Of a DNA stretch of 64,000 nt, positions 31,167-40,663 are shown piece by piece; the first letter of the stretch is position 1; each line of letters opens with the position of its first letter. The notes below the pieces were generated by a model. That model worked only from the letters and a program-made list of their open reading frames with translations, ran no database searches and was not told the origin of the DNA. The position numbers and the translations under genes were made by a program. Source of the DNA: Armatimonadota bacterium. GTDB taxonomy: Bacteria; Armatimonadota; UBA5829; DTLH01. The stretch lies in contig JBBRAE010000004.1 of NCBI GenBank assembly GCA_038207085.1, forward strand, positions 32,001 through 96,000. The letters are read 5' to 3'.

Positions 31167-33026
31167 ATGAGTGAAGTCTTCTGCCCATCGGCCACGCCTA
31201 TGTTGCCGTCTGAGATCGTTCGCAGGCTCGAAAATGGCGGCCCCGAAGTGGACCGGTATCTGGGGCAGGATATATATGTCAACACCGACCCGGATTATCT
31301 CGCGCGGCAGCGAAGCCGGCTTGCATATACTGTCAAACTGCACATGGAGCGCGTCGGGGACAAGCCTACGATGCTGGTTCGAGCGCCCGGCAGGCTGAAC
31401 GCGTTCCTCGAATACCTCGATATGTGCGCGGGGGACCATATGTCGACTACGATCGACGGAGATATTCTGGTAGCGATCTCCCCTCGCGAAGACGGGGTAC
31501 TGAACGTCTTCAATTCAAGCAAACTCTTTCCCGAAGGCAAGCTGAACGTTGCAAAAGAACTCGCCAAGTTCACCAAAGCCTCATGGGACAAGTATGAAGG
31601 TGAGCTTGAGGACAACTGGGACAACCGCACGCTCGTCTATCCCCATTATGGCAGGGCGCAGGGCAGTTGGCTGAACTATGTGCTGAGCCCGTATCTTCGG
31701 TTCCTGTGGGATAACCCCGGCTTTGACCTGCGGGGCGTAGATATGACATTTGGACCGGCGACTGCGCCATTTAGGGCAGGGACGAGTTCGTCCTCGGCGA
31801 TTGTCGTGTTGTCGTTTCTCGCGATGTACCTGACCAACCGGGACCGGCTGCCAGATTACACCTCGCAGCAGGTGTGCAAACTCCTCGGGGAGGCCGAGTG
31901 GTACGTTGGGACCCACGGCGGGGCGAACGACCAGACGACAATCCTGCGAAACCAGGCGAACAGCGTCGTCTACAACCGCCACTCCTTGCCTGATTTGGAT
32001 TCAACGCCGCTTCCGTTCCTGCGGGGGGTTCATGTCGTGCTCGCAAACTCGCTTTGGGAAGTGAACAAGACCCTCGGCGGCAACCAGAGCTTCAACATGC
32101 GCAAGGGCTGGATGCAGATGGGTGACGAACTGATGAGTCTGATTATCGCCGAAGTGCGCGTGGCTCAGAAGTCCGGCACGGCAGTTGGCGCGGGCTGGCT
32201 TGCAACTCTTATCAAGGATAAGTTCGGCTTTACTCCCGGTGGGGAAGTGTCGCTTCTTGAGTCGCATCCCGAGTATTGGGAGAAGATCGAGGCGAAGTAT
32301 CACAAGTTTGGAAGCTTCCACAAAGATATTCTGGGCATCCCCTGTGCGGCGATCAACGAGCTGATTTCGCTTTTGCCGGTCAAGGTCACTCCTGAAGAGG
32401 CGGCGCGGATCTTCGGCAAAGACGCAAAAGGCATCAAGCGCACTTACACCGCGCCAAAGCGCGATATCGGTGGGTATCACATCCGAACGACCGCGAGGTT
32501 CTTCCACAAGGAGAACATCATCGGGCGCATGCTTGAAGAGATATTTCTTGAGGCCGAGCAACGGGTCACATCAGGGGAGCTTTCGCCTGACTCGCCTGAG
32601 TACGACGAGTATCGCATCAGGGTGGGGCTTATGGTGGACGAGCTTCAGGACGCGCTCTGCTTTGACTTCAGGGTCTCGAACTGGCAGCTCGACCTGCTCC
32701 TCACCATCGCACGCCGCGGGCCGGGGTATCTCGGCGGCAAACTGACCGGCGCAGGCAAGGGCGGGTGCGTCTCGCTTCTGGTGCGCGAAGGTGAGTCGGC
32801 GGCGATGTGCGAATATCTGGACCGCGAATACTACGGCAATCCCGAGCGATTTGAGTTCTACCGTCAGGTGCTAAAAGACGAGCGACGGAGCAACAAGCCT
32901 GGGACGATCGAGCACGGGTCGGCTGAGGAACGGACGGAGATTTTGAACTCCGCGCTCGCCTCAATTGAGGACCAGCGGCGGGTTATCACCTTCAGTCGGG
33001 GCGCTTGTGCGCTGGAGCTGCCTTAG
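31167..33026 (+). CDS. GHMP-family sugar kinase (galactokinase-like) with long insertion
   Basis: RAPGRLN..EYLD, PFRAGTSSSSA, GGANDQ, GKLTGAGKGG. Confidence 0.8.
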   Translation: MSEVFCPSATPMLPSEIVRRLENGGPEVDRYLGQDIYVNTDPDYLARQRSRLAYTVKLHMERVGDKPTMLVRAPGRLNAFLEYLDMCAGDHMSTTIDGDILVAISPREDGVLNVFNSSKLFPEGKLNVAKELAKFTKASWDKYEGELEDNWDNRTLVYPHYGRAQGSWLNYVLSPYLRFLWDNPGFDLRGVDMTFGPATAPFRAGTSSSSAIVVLSFLAMYLTNRDRLPDYTSQQVCKLLGEAEWYVGTHGGANDQTTILRNQANSVVYNRHSLPDLDSTPLPFLRGVHVVLANSLWEVNKTLGGNQSFNMRKGWMQMGDELMSLIIAEVRVAQKSGTAVGAGWLATLIKDKFGFTPGGEVSLLESHPEYWEKIEAKYHKFGSFHKDILGIPCAAINELISLLPVKVTPEEAARIFGKDAKGIKRTYTAPKRDIGGYHIRTTARFFHKENIIGRMLEEIFLEAEQRVTSGELSPDSPEYDEYRIRVGLMVDELQDALCFDFRVSNWQLDLLLTIARRGPGYLGGKLTGAGKGGCVSLLVREGESAAMCEYLDREYYGNPERFEFYRQVLKDERRSNKPGTIEHGSAEERTEILNSALASIEDQRRVITFSRGACALELP

Positions 33027-33032
33027 CAAGTT

Positions 33033-33064
33033 TGTAGGGGCGGACCAATGTGTCTGCCCTTTTT
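33033..33064. repeat. GTAG-type REP hairpin
   Basis: GTAGGGGCGGAC-N-GTCTGCCC; related GTAGTGGC hairpins at ~13013, ~47199 and ~63730. Confidence 0.6.
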
Positions 33065-33473
33065 CGATTACGGTGGATGCTAGGGCTTGGGTGGAACTGC
33101 ATTGGATTGGCCCGTGTTGATACTTTGGGTGGATTGCACGTTTCGAGAACCTCAACGTGATTAGTTTTGGTTGGTCAAATATGGGAGATGGTGGTCGCTC
33201 ACCCTTCGTGCTTCGAGAGCCTCAGCGGGGCTCAGGGTGACGGTACAGTCTCTCACACATCCACCCAAGCCAAATCATATCACCCTGAGGCTCTCGAAGG
33301 GTGCGCTACACAAAACAACTGGCGTAATACATACCCCGGAAGCTAATCAATCCTCCCAACTTCCAACCCCTCCCTCTGTCGCCTTGTTCGGTCAAGAAAT
33401 CACACTTTCTTCGACATATCGGGAATGGTTGGTGGCCTGATTGCGGTAATAAAAGTAGGTTACTGTAATTGAG

Positions 33474-34007
33474 GTGAACTTTATGCTGAAATCGCACAGG
33501 CCCTGGTTGGCTATCGCGCTTGTTGGGGCAGTGTTGGCTGCGTCCGCGGTGTTGGCCGCGTCGACTTCCGGCTGGCGGACCTACAAAAACACCACTTTTG
33601 GTGTCACGTTGAAATATCCCTCTCAGTGGAAACGGGTGGCTGGATACAACTACCGGTTCGCGGGCCAGAACGGGTTCTTTCAGATTGACGCGACCTGCGC
33701 AGGGGTTCCGAAGATCGATCAGGTCGCGCGAAACGAGGCCGAGCACAAGCTTCACCCCTACGGATCAAAACCCTCAATCACCAAGATCACCGTGGATGGC
33801 AAGGATGCCCGGCTGATTATGCCGTCCAAAGATCAGCCCCAGGGTATGAAAGGGCAGGCGGCGGTTGTTATCAGGATGCCCGAGCCCACCCGCATCGGCT
33901 GTGAACGCTACAACTACCTCGTGCTGTACGCCGACAAGAGTCACGTCAAGACCATCGCCGGTACGGTCAAATTTGTGAAGCCATGCGATGGCTCAGGGCG
34001 GTGCTAG
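33474..34007 (+). CDS. Secreted PsbP-related protein
   Basis: Signal peptide; WRTYKN..FGVTLKYPSQW motif. Confidence 0.6.
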   Translation: MNFMLKSHRPWLAIALVGAVLAASAVLAASTSGWRTYKNTTFGVTLKYPSQWKRVAGYNYRFAGQNGFFQIDATCAGVPKIDQVARNEAEHKLHPYGSKPSITKITVDGKDARLIMPSKDQPQGMKGQAAVVIRMPEPTRIGCERYNYLVLYADKSHVKTIAGTVKFVKPCDGSGRC

Positions 34008-34069
34008 TGGGTCAATTGCCATGCATTACGCCATTCGGGATTCGGAAATCCCGTCTTAGCTTTGGGGTG
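34008..34069. repeat. Repeat family D, inverted copy at 41737-41799
   Basis: TGGGTCAATTGCCATGCATTACGCCATTCGGGAT...CTTAGCTTTGGGG is nearly identical at both loci. Confidence 0.85.
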
Positions 34070-34134
34070 GCGATTCGGAAATCGCCACCCAACAATGGCT
34101 GATTTCATGCCAAGTGACCCACTAGTCTGCGATA

Positions 34135-34878
34135 CTATTCGCCTGAGATATCAGCTTTGCACTTGAAATGATCTACGAGGTCGGGGTAATCTGCAAGCTC
34201 ACTTCGACCTCGTTCGTTGATCGCGTAGAGGCCCGTGTCTATTCTGTCGAACCATTTGTAGACGTTTCGGTATAAGATTGACAGCGTTTTCTCGCCCGTG
34301 CCCAGAGCCCTGAGCTGCTTTGGAGCCTGCGGGCCGAGTTCTAAGAGGAGATGGGCGATCTGGATCGCGTTTTCCCTGTAGGCTGTGACGAGTTTCTGGC
34401 GCGTGCAACCTCCGGTGTTGAAGTCGCCGCTTCGGTTTTCGATCTCACGAAGAACGGCGCGCAGGGCGCGTTTCTGCTTGCGCCGCTCGGAGAGGGTGGG
34501 GTGGAAGATGATTTCGACCGGAGTCTTTACCCGTCCGGTTGCGACCAGTATCAGCCCAAGTTCCAGGCGCTTCAGTACCTTCTGGACGCCTTTTGTTTCT
34601 CTTGCCCACTTTGTTCTGTTGGATGGCCTCGGGACGGCGACGTAGACCGAATCGGTAATTTTCTGGCGCTCGACCGCCTGCACTATCAGTTGCAGATTCA
34701 GGCTGCGCTTCAGCTCAATCACTATGAGCTCTTCGCCGCGCAGGGCTGCGATGTCGCAGGACATCACCTCGCCTCGCACGGTGTATCCGTTTCGCGTGAG
34801 GTAGTCGCAGACGGGCCTATAGAGGTCCGTTTCACGCAGAACCTTGGTTTGCTTTGCCGAAGCGCGTTCTTTCTTCAT
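34135..34878 (-). CDS. DUF2161 putative PD-(D/E)xK phosphodiesterase
   Basis: ETDLYRPV..GYTVRGEV..CD..IELK..TAYRE..NVYKWF. Confidence 0.8.
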   Translation of the reverse strand: MKKERASAKQTKVLRETDLYRPVCDYLTRNGYTVRGEVMSCDIAALRGEELIVIELKRSLNLQLIVQAVERQKITDSVYVAVPRPSNRTKWARETKGVQKVLKRLELGLILVATGRVKTPVEIIFHPTLSERRKQKRALRAVLREIENRSGDFNTGGCTRQKLVTAYRENAIQIAHLLLELGPQAPKQLRALGTGEKTLSILYRNVYKWFDRIDTGLYAINERGRSELADYPDLVDHFKCKADISGE

Positions 34879-34955
34879 TCCACCATTATACCAGTATTGA
34901 CTGTGCGTTTTGAGGGGGTCTGTGCTCGGGTACCTATTAACAGGGTACAAACAGC

Positions 34956-35465
34956 ATGAACGCAGACCAGATCAACAAACTTAGAGTCGTCGAGGTAACC
35001 CTGGGCACCGATATTGGCCGGGTTTCAGGGTTATTGATCGATATACGCGAGCGACGGGTGGCGGCTATCGCGGTGACCACGGGGCACTCCTTTGGTGGCC
35101 CGGGGGCTTATGTGCCGTGGGGGAGCATCGTGTCTATCGGGCATGACGTGATCACCATTCGCTCGCCTGAGGCTGTGATCAGACGAAAAAGTTTTTCCAC
35201 CCAAGGTATGCTCGACTCGCTCGTCGGGAAGAAAGTAGTCACCGATGACGGGGTGGAACTTGGGACTGTGCGAAGCTTCAGCATTGACCCTGTGACCGGC
35301 GATATCGCGGGGGTGATGTTTGGCCGGTCGGGCGGGATGCTTGCTGGGGTCTTCGGCACCGGCAAGGAGTATCAAGCTCCGGCGACGCTTATCGAGGCGC
35401 TCGGCGACAACATCGTGGTGGATAAATCGCTTCCAAAACTCGTGGGGTATGACCAGGCGGCCTGA
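34956..35465 (+). CDS. Tandem PRC-barrel protein
   Basis: Two G..V..G..IG.V..D repeats. Confidence 0.8.
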   Translation: MNADQINKLRVVEVTLGTDIGRVSGLLIDIRERRVAAIAVTTGHSFGGPGAYVPWGSIVSIGHDVITIRSPEAVIRRKSFSTQGMLDSLVGKKVVTDDGVELGTVRSFSIDPVTGDIAGVMFGRSGGMLAGVFGTGKEYQAPATLIEALGDNIVVDKSLPKLVGYDQAA

Positions 35466-35630
35466 GTTCACCCTCCCCTCAAATTTTTCAGTCAGTTTGC
35501 TAACTGTGGAGTTTGGGTAAACGGGTCAGTGTACGGCATCCCCGCCGGAGGCCAGGAGCCATAACCAGTTCAATTATGGGCTGGAATGTGGTATCATACA
35601 CAACGCTGCAAATCATACGGAAGGATGACT

Positions 35631-35993
35631 ATGGCCTGCAGAGCAGGCTCTTGGGCGAATACAATGACAGACAGAGCAACAATCGAATTATCACGTGATG
35701 GCGAGTCGGTAACGGTAGTTGGTTCCGGTGAATTGGATCTGAGCATCTCAAGGGAGCTCGATACTATTCTATCGCAGGCCTCCTCATCGACCCACGACGT
35801 AACCATCGACCTGCGCGGCGCAATCTTTATAGATTCCGCGATTCTTGCGAGCCTTGTGAAAGTCGGCAAAGTCCTCAAACGTGACGATGCGCGGCTGAAG
35901 GTGATCGTCACCCCAGGAAGCCACCCCCAGTATGTGCTTCGGACCGTAGGTTTTGGCGCGTTGATGGATATTTCGACTACTGACGAGGAGTAG
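35631..35993 (+). CDS. STAS anti-sigma-factor antagonist (start may be 35664)
   Basis: GELD...IDLRGAIFIDSA phosphorylation-site motif. Confidence 0.85.
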   Translation: MACRAGSWANTMTDRATIELSRDGESVTVVGSGELDLSISRELDTILSQASSSTHDVTIDLRGAIFIDSAILASLVKVGKVLKRDDARLKVIVTPGSHPQYVLRTVGFGALMDISTTDEE

Positions 35994-37200
35994 CGCTCCC
36001 TGTGCGGGTGTTTCGGCCAGCGGGCATTTTCAGAAACACGCGCTTGAGCCAGGGCGGGGTGATCAGGGTAGTGATGAACACTACCAGGATGAGCTGGGCG
36101 TAAAGGTCCGAGCCGATTATCCCCTCCCTTAGCCCGATGCTTGCAAATATCAGTCCAACCTCGCCTCGTGGAACCATCCCAACCCCTACCGCAAGCTTGT
36201 TTGCCCCCGACTTTGCTACCCCAAGCCCGGATGCGAGCTTTCCAAGGATCGCCAGCACCAGGAGAACCAGCCCAAGCAGGAGAACTCTATACCCGCTGGG
36301 TTCGGTTGGGATCAGGTGTCGCAGGTTAACCTGTAGGCCGACAAGCACGAAAAACACAGGGATGAATATGTCGGCGACGGGCTTGATCTGGTCCTGGATC
36401 TTGACGCGGTCGCCTGTCGTCGCGAGTATAAGGCCCGCCGCGAACGCCCCAATGATCTCCGCGAGGCCGAAGCTCTCAGCCGTAAACGCAAGCGTAAGGC
36501 AGAACAGAAACGATATCGTCACAAGCACGCCACGGGTCTTTAGCCTCTGGGCCGAAGCGGTGAGCGTGGAGGCGTAACGTATGCCGATCACAAGCGCGCC
36601 TGCAAGAAACGCAAACGCGATCATTACCGCTTTGCCGATCGCAACTACGTCAGGGTGGCCGTCTTTGATGATCTGGAGCACCACAGCAAGTATCAAAAGC
36701 CCGAGGATATCGTCGATCACGGCAGCGCCGACGATGATCTTCGCCTCGTTTGTGTTAAGTTTTCTCATATCGGCCAGGACACGTGTGGTGATGCCGATGC
36801 TTGTAGCAGTGAGTGCGGCTCCAATGAAAAGCGCCTGCCGGTAGTCCCCGCTTACCAGGAAACTCGCCGCGTATCCACTCACAAATGGAAGCACTATGCC
36901 GATCGCCGCGACCAGCGCCGCCGCCCGTCCGACCTTCAGAAACTCCGCAAGTTCGCTTTCAAGCCCCACTTCAAAAAGAAGCAGTATAACGCCGATTGTT
37001 GCGACAAATGTGATCGCTGCGGAGGCGACGACCTCCTGGTTGGGCTCGGCTATGTGGCGCAAGGGGGTCAGGCCCAAGATTACGCCGACCAGCAGTTCGC
37101 CGAGCACAGCGGGCTGCTTCAGCCGCTCAGCCAGTTCGCCGCCGATCTTGGCTGCGCCGAGGATCAATATGAGGTAAAGTAAGGCGTGTCCGGTTTCCAT
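35977..37200 (-). CDS. Cation:proton antiporter (CPA2/NapA-like)
   Basis: LLFEVGLES, ATSIGIT, AAVIDD, GMVPRGEV. Confidence 0.92.
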   Translation of the reverse strand: METGHALLYLILILGAAKIGGELAERLKQPAVLGELLVGVILGLTPLRHIAEPNQEVVASAAITFVATIGVILLLFEVGLESELAEFLKVGRAAALVAAIGIVLPFVSGYAASFLVSGDYRQALFIGAALTATSIGITTRVLADMRKLNTNEAKIIVGAAVIDDILGLLILAVVLQIIKDGHPDVVAIGKAVMIAFAFLAGALVIGIRYASTLTASAQRLKTRGVLVTISFLFCLTLAFTAESFGLAEIIGAFAAGLILATTGDRVKIQDQIKPVADIFIPVFFVLVGLQVNLRHLIPTEPSGYRVLLLGLVLLVLAILGKLASGLGVAKSGANKLAVGVGMVPRGEVGLIFASIGLREGIIGSDLYAQLILVVFITTLITPPWLKRVFLKMPAGRNTRTGSATPRQ

Positions 37201-37299
37201 TACAGTATACTTCGCCGCCTGTTCGCTTTATCCTCCCACAGTCGTGCTGACGTGAGAGAGTCAGGGGACGGAAAACGCCTTCCGTCCCCTGACTTTATC

Positions 37300-38478
37300 T
37301 TACCACTTTGGGCGGATTTCCTCTTCTTCTGCAATTTCCTCATCGTCTTCGTAAACCTCCACCTCAGGGTCACGAAATACGGGTTCACGGCGCAGTTCTA
37401 CCGGAGCGGGGGTAAGGGCGACTTTTAGCACTCCGTCGCGCTGGTGGGAGAAGAGGTCGTAGGCTTCGAGAATATTGTCGAGCGTGAAATGGTGGGTCAG
37501 GAGCTCTCTCACGTTTAGCCTGCCGGATTTCACAAGCGACATCAGGCGGCGCATCCGTTCCTTGCCGCCGGGGCAGAGCGTCGAGACTACTTTGATGTCG
37601 CCTATCCCGTAGATGTAGGGCTCGACTGGCATCGCGACGGCGTGGGAGTAGACCCCGATGCTTGAGATGGTGCCGCCGGGGTGGACAGAGCGCAGGCAGT
37701 TCTCGAACGTTACCTGTGTGCCGAGCGCCTCGATCGCGACGTCCGCGCCTCGCCCGCCGGTCAGGCGTTTCACCGCTTCGACTGGGTCCTGCTCTTGGTA
37801 GTTGATCACAACATCGGCGCCCATCTTCTTTGACATCTCAAGGCGGGTGTCGACCGAATCGACCCCGATTATGAGCGATGCGCCCATCAGCCTCGCCCCG
37901 GCGGTCGCCATCAGACCGATCGGCCCCTGAGCGTAGACCACGACCGAGTCGCCGATCTTGATATTCGCCGACTCCGCGCCTGATATGCCCGTAGATGCGA
38001 TGTCTGCAAGAAGCACCACGTCTTCGTCGGCGAGGTCGTCGGGGATTTTTGCGAGATTGAACTGGGCGTATGGGACCCTGAAATACTCGGCTTGGACGCC
38101 ATCTATGGAGTTACCCAGCCGCCAGCCGCCGATCGCCTCCCATTGGTCGTGGTAGCCCGCGCACTGGCTCCACTTGCCGCTTTGGCAGTAGACGCAGGTG
38201 CCGCAGGGGGTGACAGCGCTCACGAGTACGCGGTCGCCGATTTTGTATCCCTCAAGGCCCGGCCCGAGCTCGTGAATCACACCGACCGGCTCGTGGCCGA
38301 TGATCCTGCCTTCCTCGACCGGGTACTCGCCTCGCATTATGTGAACGTCCGTGCCGCAGATCGTGGTCATCGTGATCCTGACGATCGCCTCACCAAATCC
38401 TGCACGCGGGACCGGCACTTCCTCGATTCGTATATCGTCCTTGCCACGGAAGACCGTGGCCTTCATAGTATCAGCCAT
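37300..38478 (-). CDS. Zinc-dependent alcohol/aldehyde dehydrogenase (MDR family)
   Basis: ICGTDVH, GHEPVG, CxxCxxCx7C, LADIASTG. Confidence 0.92.
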   Translation of the reverse strand: MADTMKATVFRGKDDIRIEEVPVPRAGFGEAIVRITMTTICGTDVHIMRGEYPVEEGRIIGHEPVGVIHELGPGLEGYKIGDRVLVSAVTPCGTCVYCQSGKWSQCAGYHDQWEAIGGWRLGNSIDGVQAEYFRVPYAQFNLAKIPDDLADEDVVLLADIASTGISGAESANIKIGDSVVVYAQGPIGLMATAGARLMGASLIIGVDSVDTRLEMSKKMGADVVINYQEQDPVEAVKRLTGGRGADVAIEALGTQVTFENCLRSVHPGGTISSIGVYSHAVAMPVEPYIYGIGDIKVVSTLCPGGKERMRRLMSLVKSGRLNVRELLTHHFTLDNILEAYDLFSHQRDGVLKVALTPAPVELRREPVFRDPEVEVYEDDEEIAEEEEIRPKW

Positions 38479-38497
38479 TTATCTACCTCCTCTTATT

Positions 38498-38549
38498 TAG
38501 CCCGCTTTATTCGTGAAGCGAATAAAGCTCTTGCTAAGAGAGCATTATT
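38498..38549. repeat. Repeat family A copy 3 (truncated)
   Basis: TAGCCCGCTTTATTCG..CGAATAAAGC..AGAGCATTATT. Confidence 0.85.
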
Positions 38550-38774
38550 TGGTGGTCTGACGGATACCCCTCACGCCGGCCTTCTCCTCTCAGGCGACAG
38601 CGTTTTCATAGAAAACGCGATAGCCCACAAGGGGTGAGGGGTGAAACTTAGTATATCCATATATTCAGTATTCCCACCGGGGCAAGATTGTGATCGGGCA
38701 TGGGATGAGACCCGGCGGTAATGGGTATAGTCAGCTTGCAATATATGAGCTGAGCAATGACTAGGAGGCATATT

Positions 38775-38963
38775 ATGAAGGCTAACGTAATTGAGGACCA
38801 GTGCATCGGCGACGGAGTATGTGTGGATATCTGCCCGCAGGTGTTTCAGATGGGCGACGACGGGCTCGCGCATGTGATTGTTGACGAAGTCCCGGCGGAC
38901 GTCGAAGACGCCGCCCGGGAGGCCGCCGAAGCCTGCCCTACGGTGGCGATTGACGTCGATTAG
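38775..38963 (+). CDS. Monocluster ferredoxin
   Basis: CIGDGVCVDICP...EACP; GGAGG RBS. Confidence 0.9.
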   Translation: MKANVIEDQCIGDGVCVDICPQVFQMGDDGLAHVIVDEVPADVEDAAREAAEACPTVAIDVD

Positions 38964-39076
38964 ACCTGTCAGCGGCCCGAAAGCATCGGGGAGAGGTGGA
39001 AGATTCACTCCGGTGCTTTCGTTTGTCCTGTTTCAGGGCAGGCCCCGAGGGGTAACCGAATGTGTGGTGATGCCTT

Positions 39077-39445
39077 ATGCGTGCCAGTAACGACTATTCC
39101 AACATTATGACGGTGAATGCTGTGGAGGCCGATCACTCCGTGGTGCTCTACCTGGTCGGCGAGTGCGATATCGGCACGGTGCCGCTTCTTACCCAGGAAC
39201 TGCGCCGGGCGATAGCCGACCTGAAACACGTCGTGCTTGAGGTCCATCTGCTCACCTACATCGACAGCACCGGCGTCTCCGCGATCGCTTCGGCGCAGGA
39301 GAGCCTCGCCCAGAGCAGGCGGCAGCTTCGTATCGTCGGGAGCCACGGGATATTTGATCGGATCCTCAGGATCACCAAGCTCGACGGCCATATTCCGATC
39401 GACCAAAACGTCGACGAAGCGCTTGCGGCGATTGCTCTTGGGTGA
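39077..39445 (+). CDS. STAS anti-sigma-factor antagonist
   Basis: GECD...LTYIDSTG motif. Confidence 0.88.
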   Translation: MRASNDYSNIMTVNAVEADHSVVLYLVGECDIGTVPLLTQELRRAIADLKHVVLEVHLLTYIDSTGVSAIASAQESLAQSRRQLRIVGSHGIFDRILRITKLDGHIPIDQNVDEALAAIALG

Positions 39446-39752
39446 CGATATCGAGCAAACACGCCGTTATGGATGAGGCTGTTTGGTAACACTCTGCGAA
39501 TTATACCTGCTTGCTCGCCACATTAGCGTCATATTCCTCCAACTTTCTGCGCACTTTGCTTTACACGTCTTGGGGGTTGTGTTACAATTGGCTTGTAAGG
39601 GCGCGTGCGACGTAGGGTGATTTCTCCCACGAGGTTGTGCTCAACTATGGATTTTCGGCAGACTGGCTGTGGCTAGCCACAGAGTCTGCGAGCCGAAAAT
39701 ATCTCTCGACTTTCCAGCGAAAGTCAATAGTAAGTGGACGCAGGTGTTGCCA

Positions 39753-40259
39753 ATGAAAGTCGTCGAAATCCTGTTCTACAACAGCCATCGAGTCAAGCTC
39801 GTGGTCGAGATGCCGGATCCTAACCGGTATTCCACGCGGCATGCTCCGCATATTCCGAACCTCCTCTTTAAGCTTTTTCCCCACCTGGCCCGTCACAGGT
39901 GCGAAAATGATGGGGGTTACAGCTTCAAGCGCGAGTGCCAGTCCACCGAAATCCCACACCTTTTCGAGCACCTGATAATCGAGCTTCAGGGGCAGGCACA
40001 GCGTTCGAGCGTGCTTAAAGGCGAGACCCAGTGGAACTGGCGAGTCGACCCCAAGGGTCGTTTCCATGTCTACGTCGACTACGAAAACGAGCTTCTCGTC
40101 GTAGGGGCGATTCGCGTAGCCGAGCGGGTCATCAACGCGCTAGACGATCGTGCGATAGACGACCTCGATATCAACGCCGAGATCGAAAACCTCCGCGCAA
40201 TCGCCAAACTCGGGCAGGGAATTCGCAAGTCTGACGAGTCCGAGAAGGCTGTGGCATAG
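39753..40259 (+). CDS. Stand-alone cyanophycin synthetase N-domain-like protein
   Basis: FPHLARHRC...HLFEHLIIELQ..GET...VYVDYENE resembles the CphA N domain; start uncertain. Confidence 0.7.
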   Translation: MKVVEILFYNSHRVKLVVEMPDPNRYSTRHAPHIPNLLFKLFPHLARHRCENDGGYSFKRECQSTEIPHLFEHLIIELQGQAQRSSVLKGETQWNWRVDPKGRFHVYVDYENELLVVGAIRVAERVINALDDRAIDDLDINAEIENLRAIAKLGQGIRKSDESEKAVA

Positions 40260-40302
40260 GGGAAGTCACTAGTTGCTAGTGGCTAGTCGCCATGTTGGTT
40301 TC

Positions 40303-40337
40303 AGGGCGGGCGGGTTCAATATTCGCCCGCCCGATTT
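40303..40337. terminator. Hairpin terminator
   Basis: GGGCGGGCG...CGCCCGCCC. Confidence 0.65.
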
Positions 40338-40339
40338 GA

Positions 40340-40500
40340 TTATACTGTCTCAAGATAACCCTCGCAGATGAACCTTTCCACGCGCCATGCTGATTTGCCG
40401 GTTTCGGTGAACTCGTATACCCCGTTTGCCCGGCTCATCAGGCCTAGCTCCACCATGTAACGACGGGTCGCGCAGTGGTCTGAACAGACTCGGGCGATTC
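40340..40500 (-). pseudogene. Probable 3' remnant of a DUF2087-like gene truncated by repeat family C
   Basis: D.ATRRYMVELGLMSR.NGVY resembles DUF2087; the upstream part of the ORF is repeat sequence. Confidence 0.45.
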
Positions 40501-40663
40501 GATTGACCGGGAGCAAACTCCCTTGCTGTTCTTTGCGCACGCGATACATATCGCGCACCCAACTCTGAAACATATTCAATCGAAGGATTTGGGCGGGTTA
40601 TTGTGGAAATGATACACATAACACGGGGGCGGTTTAGCTCTCGACAAAGGAGATGTACGCTCT

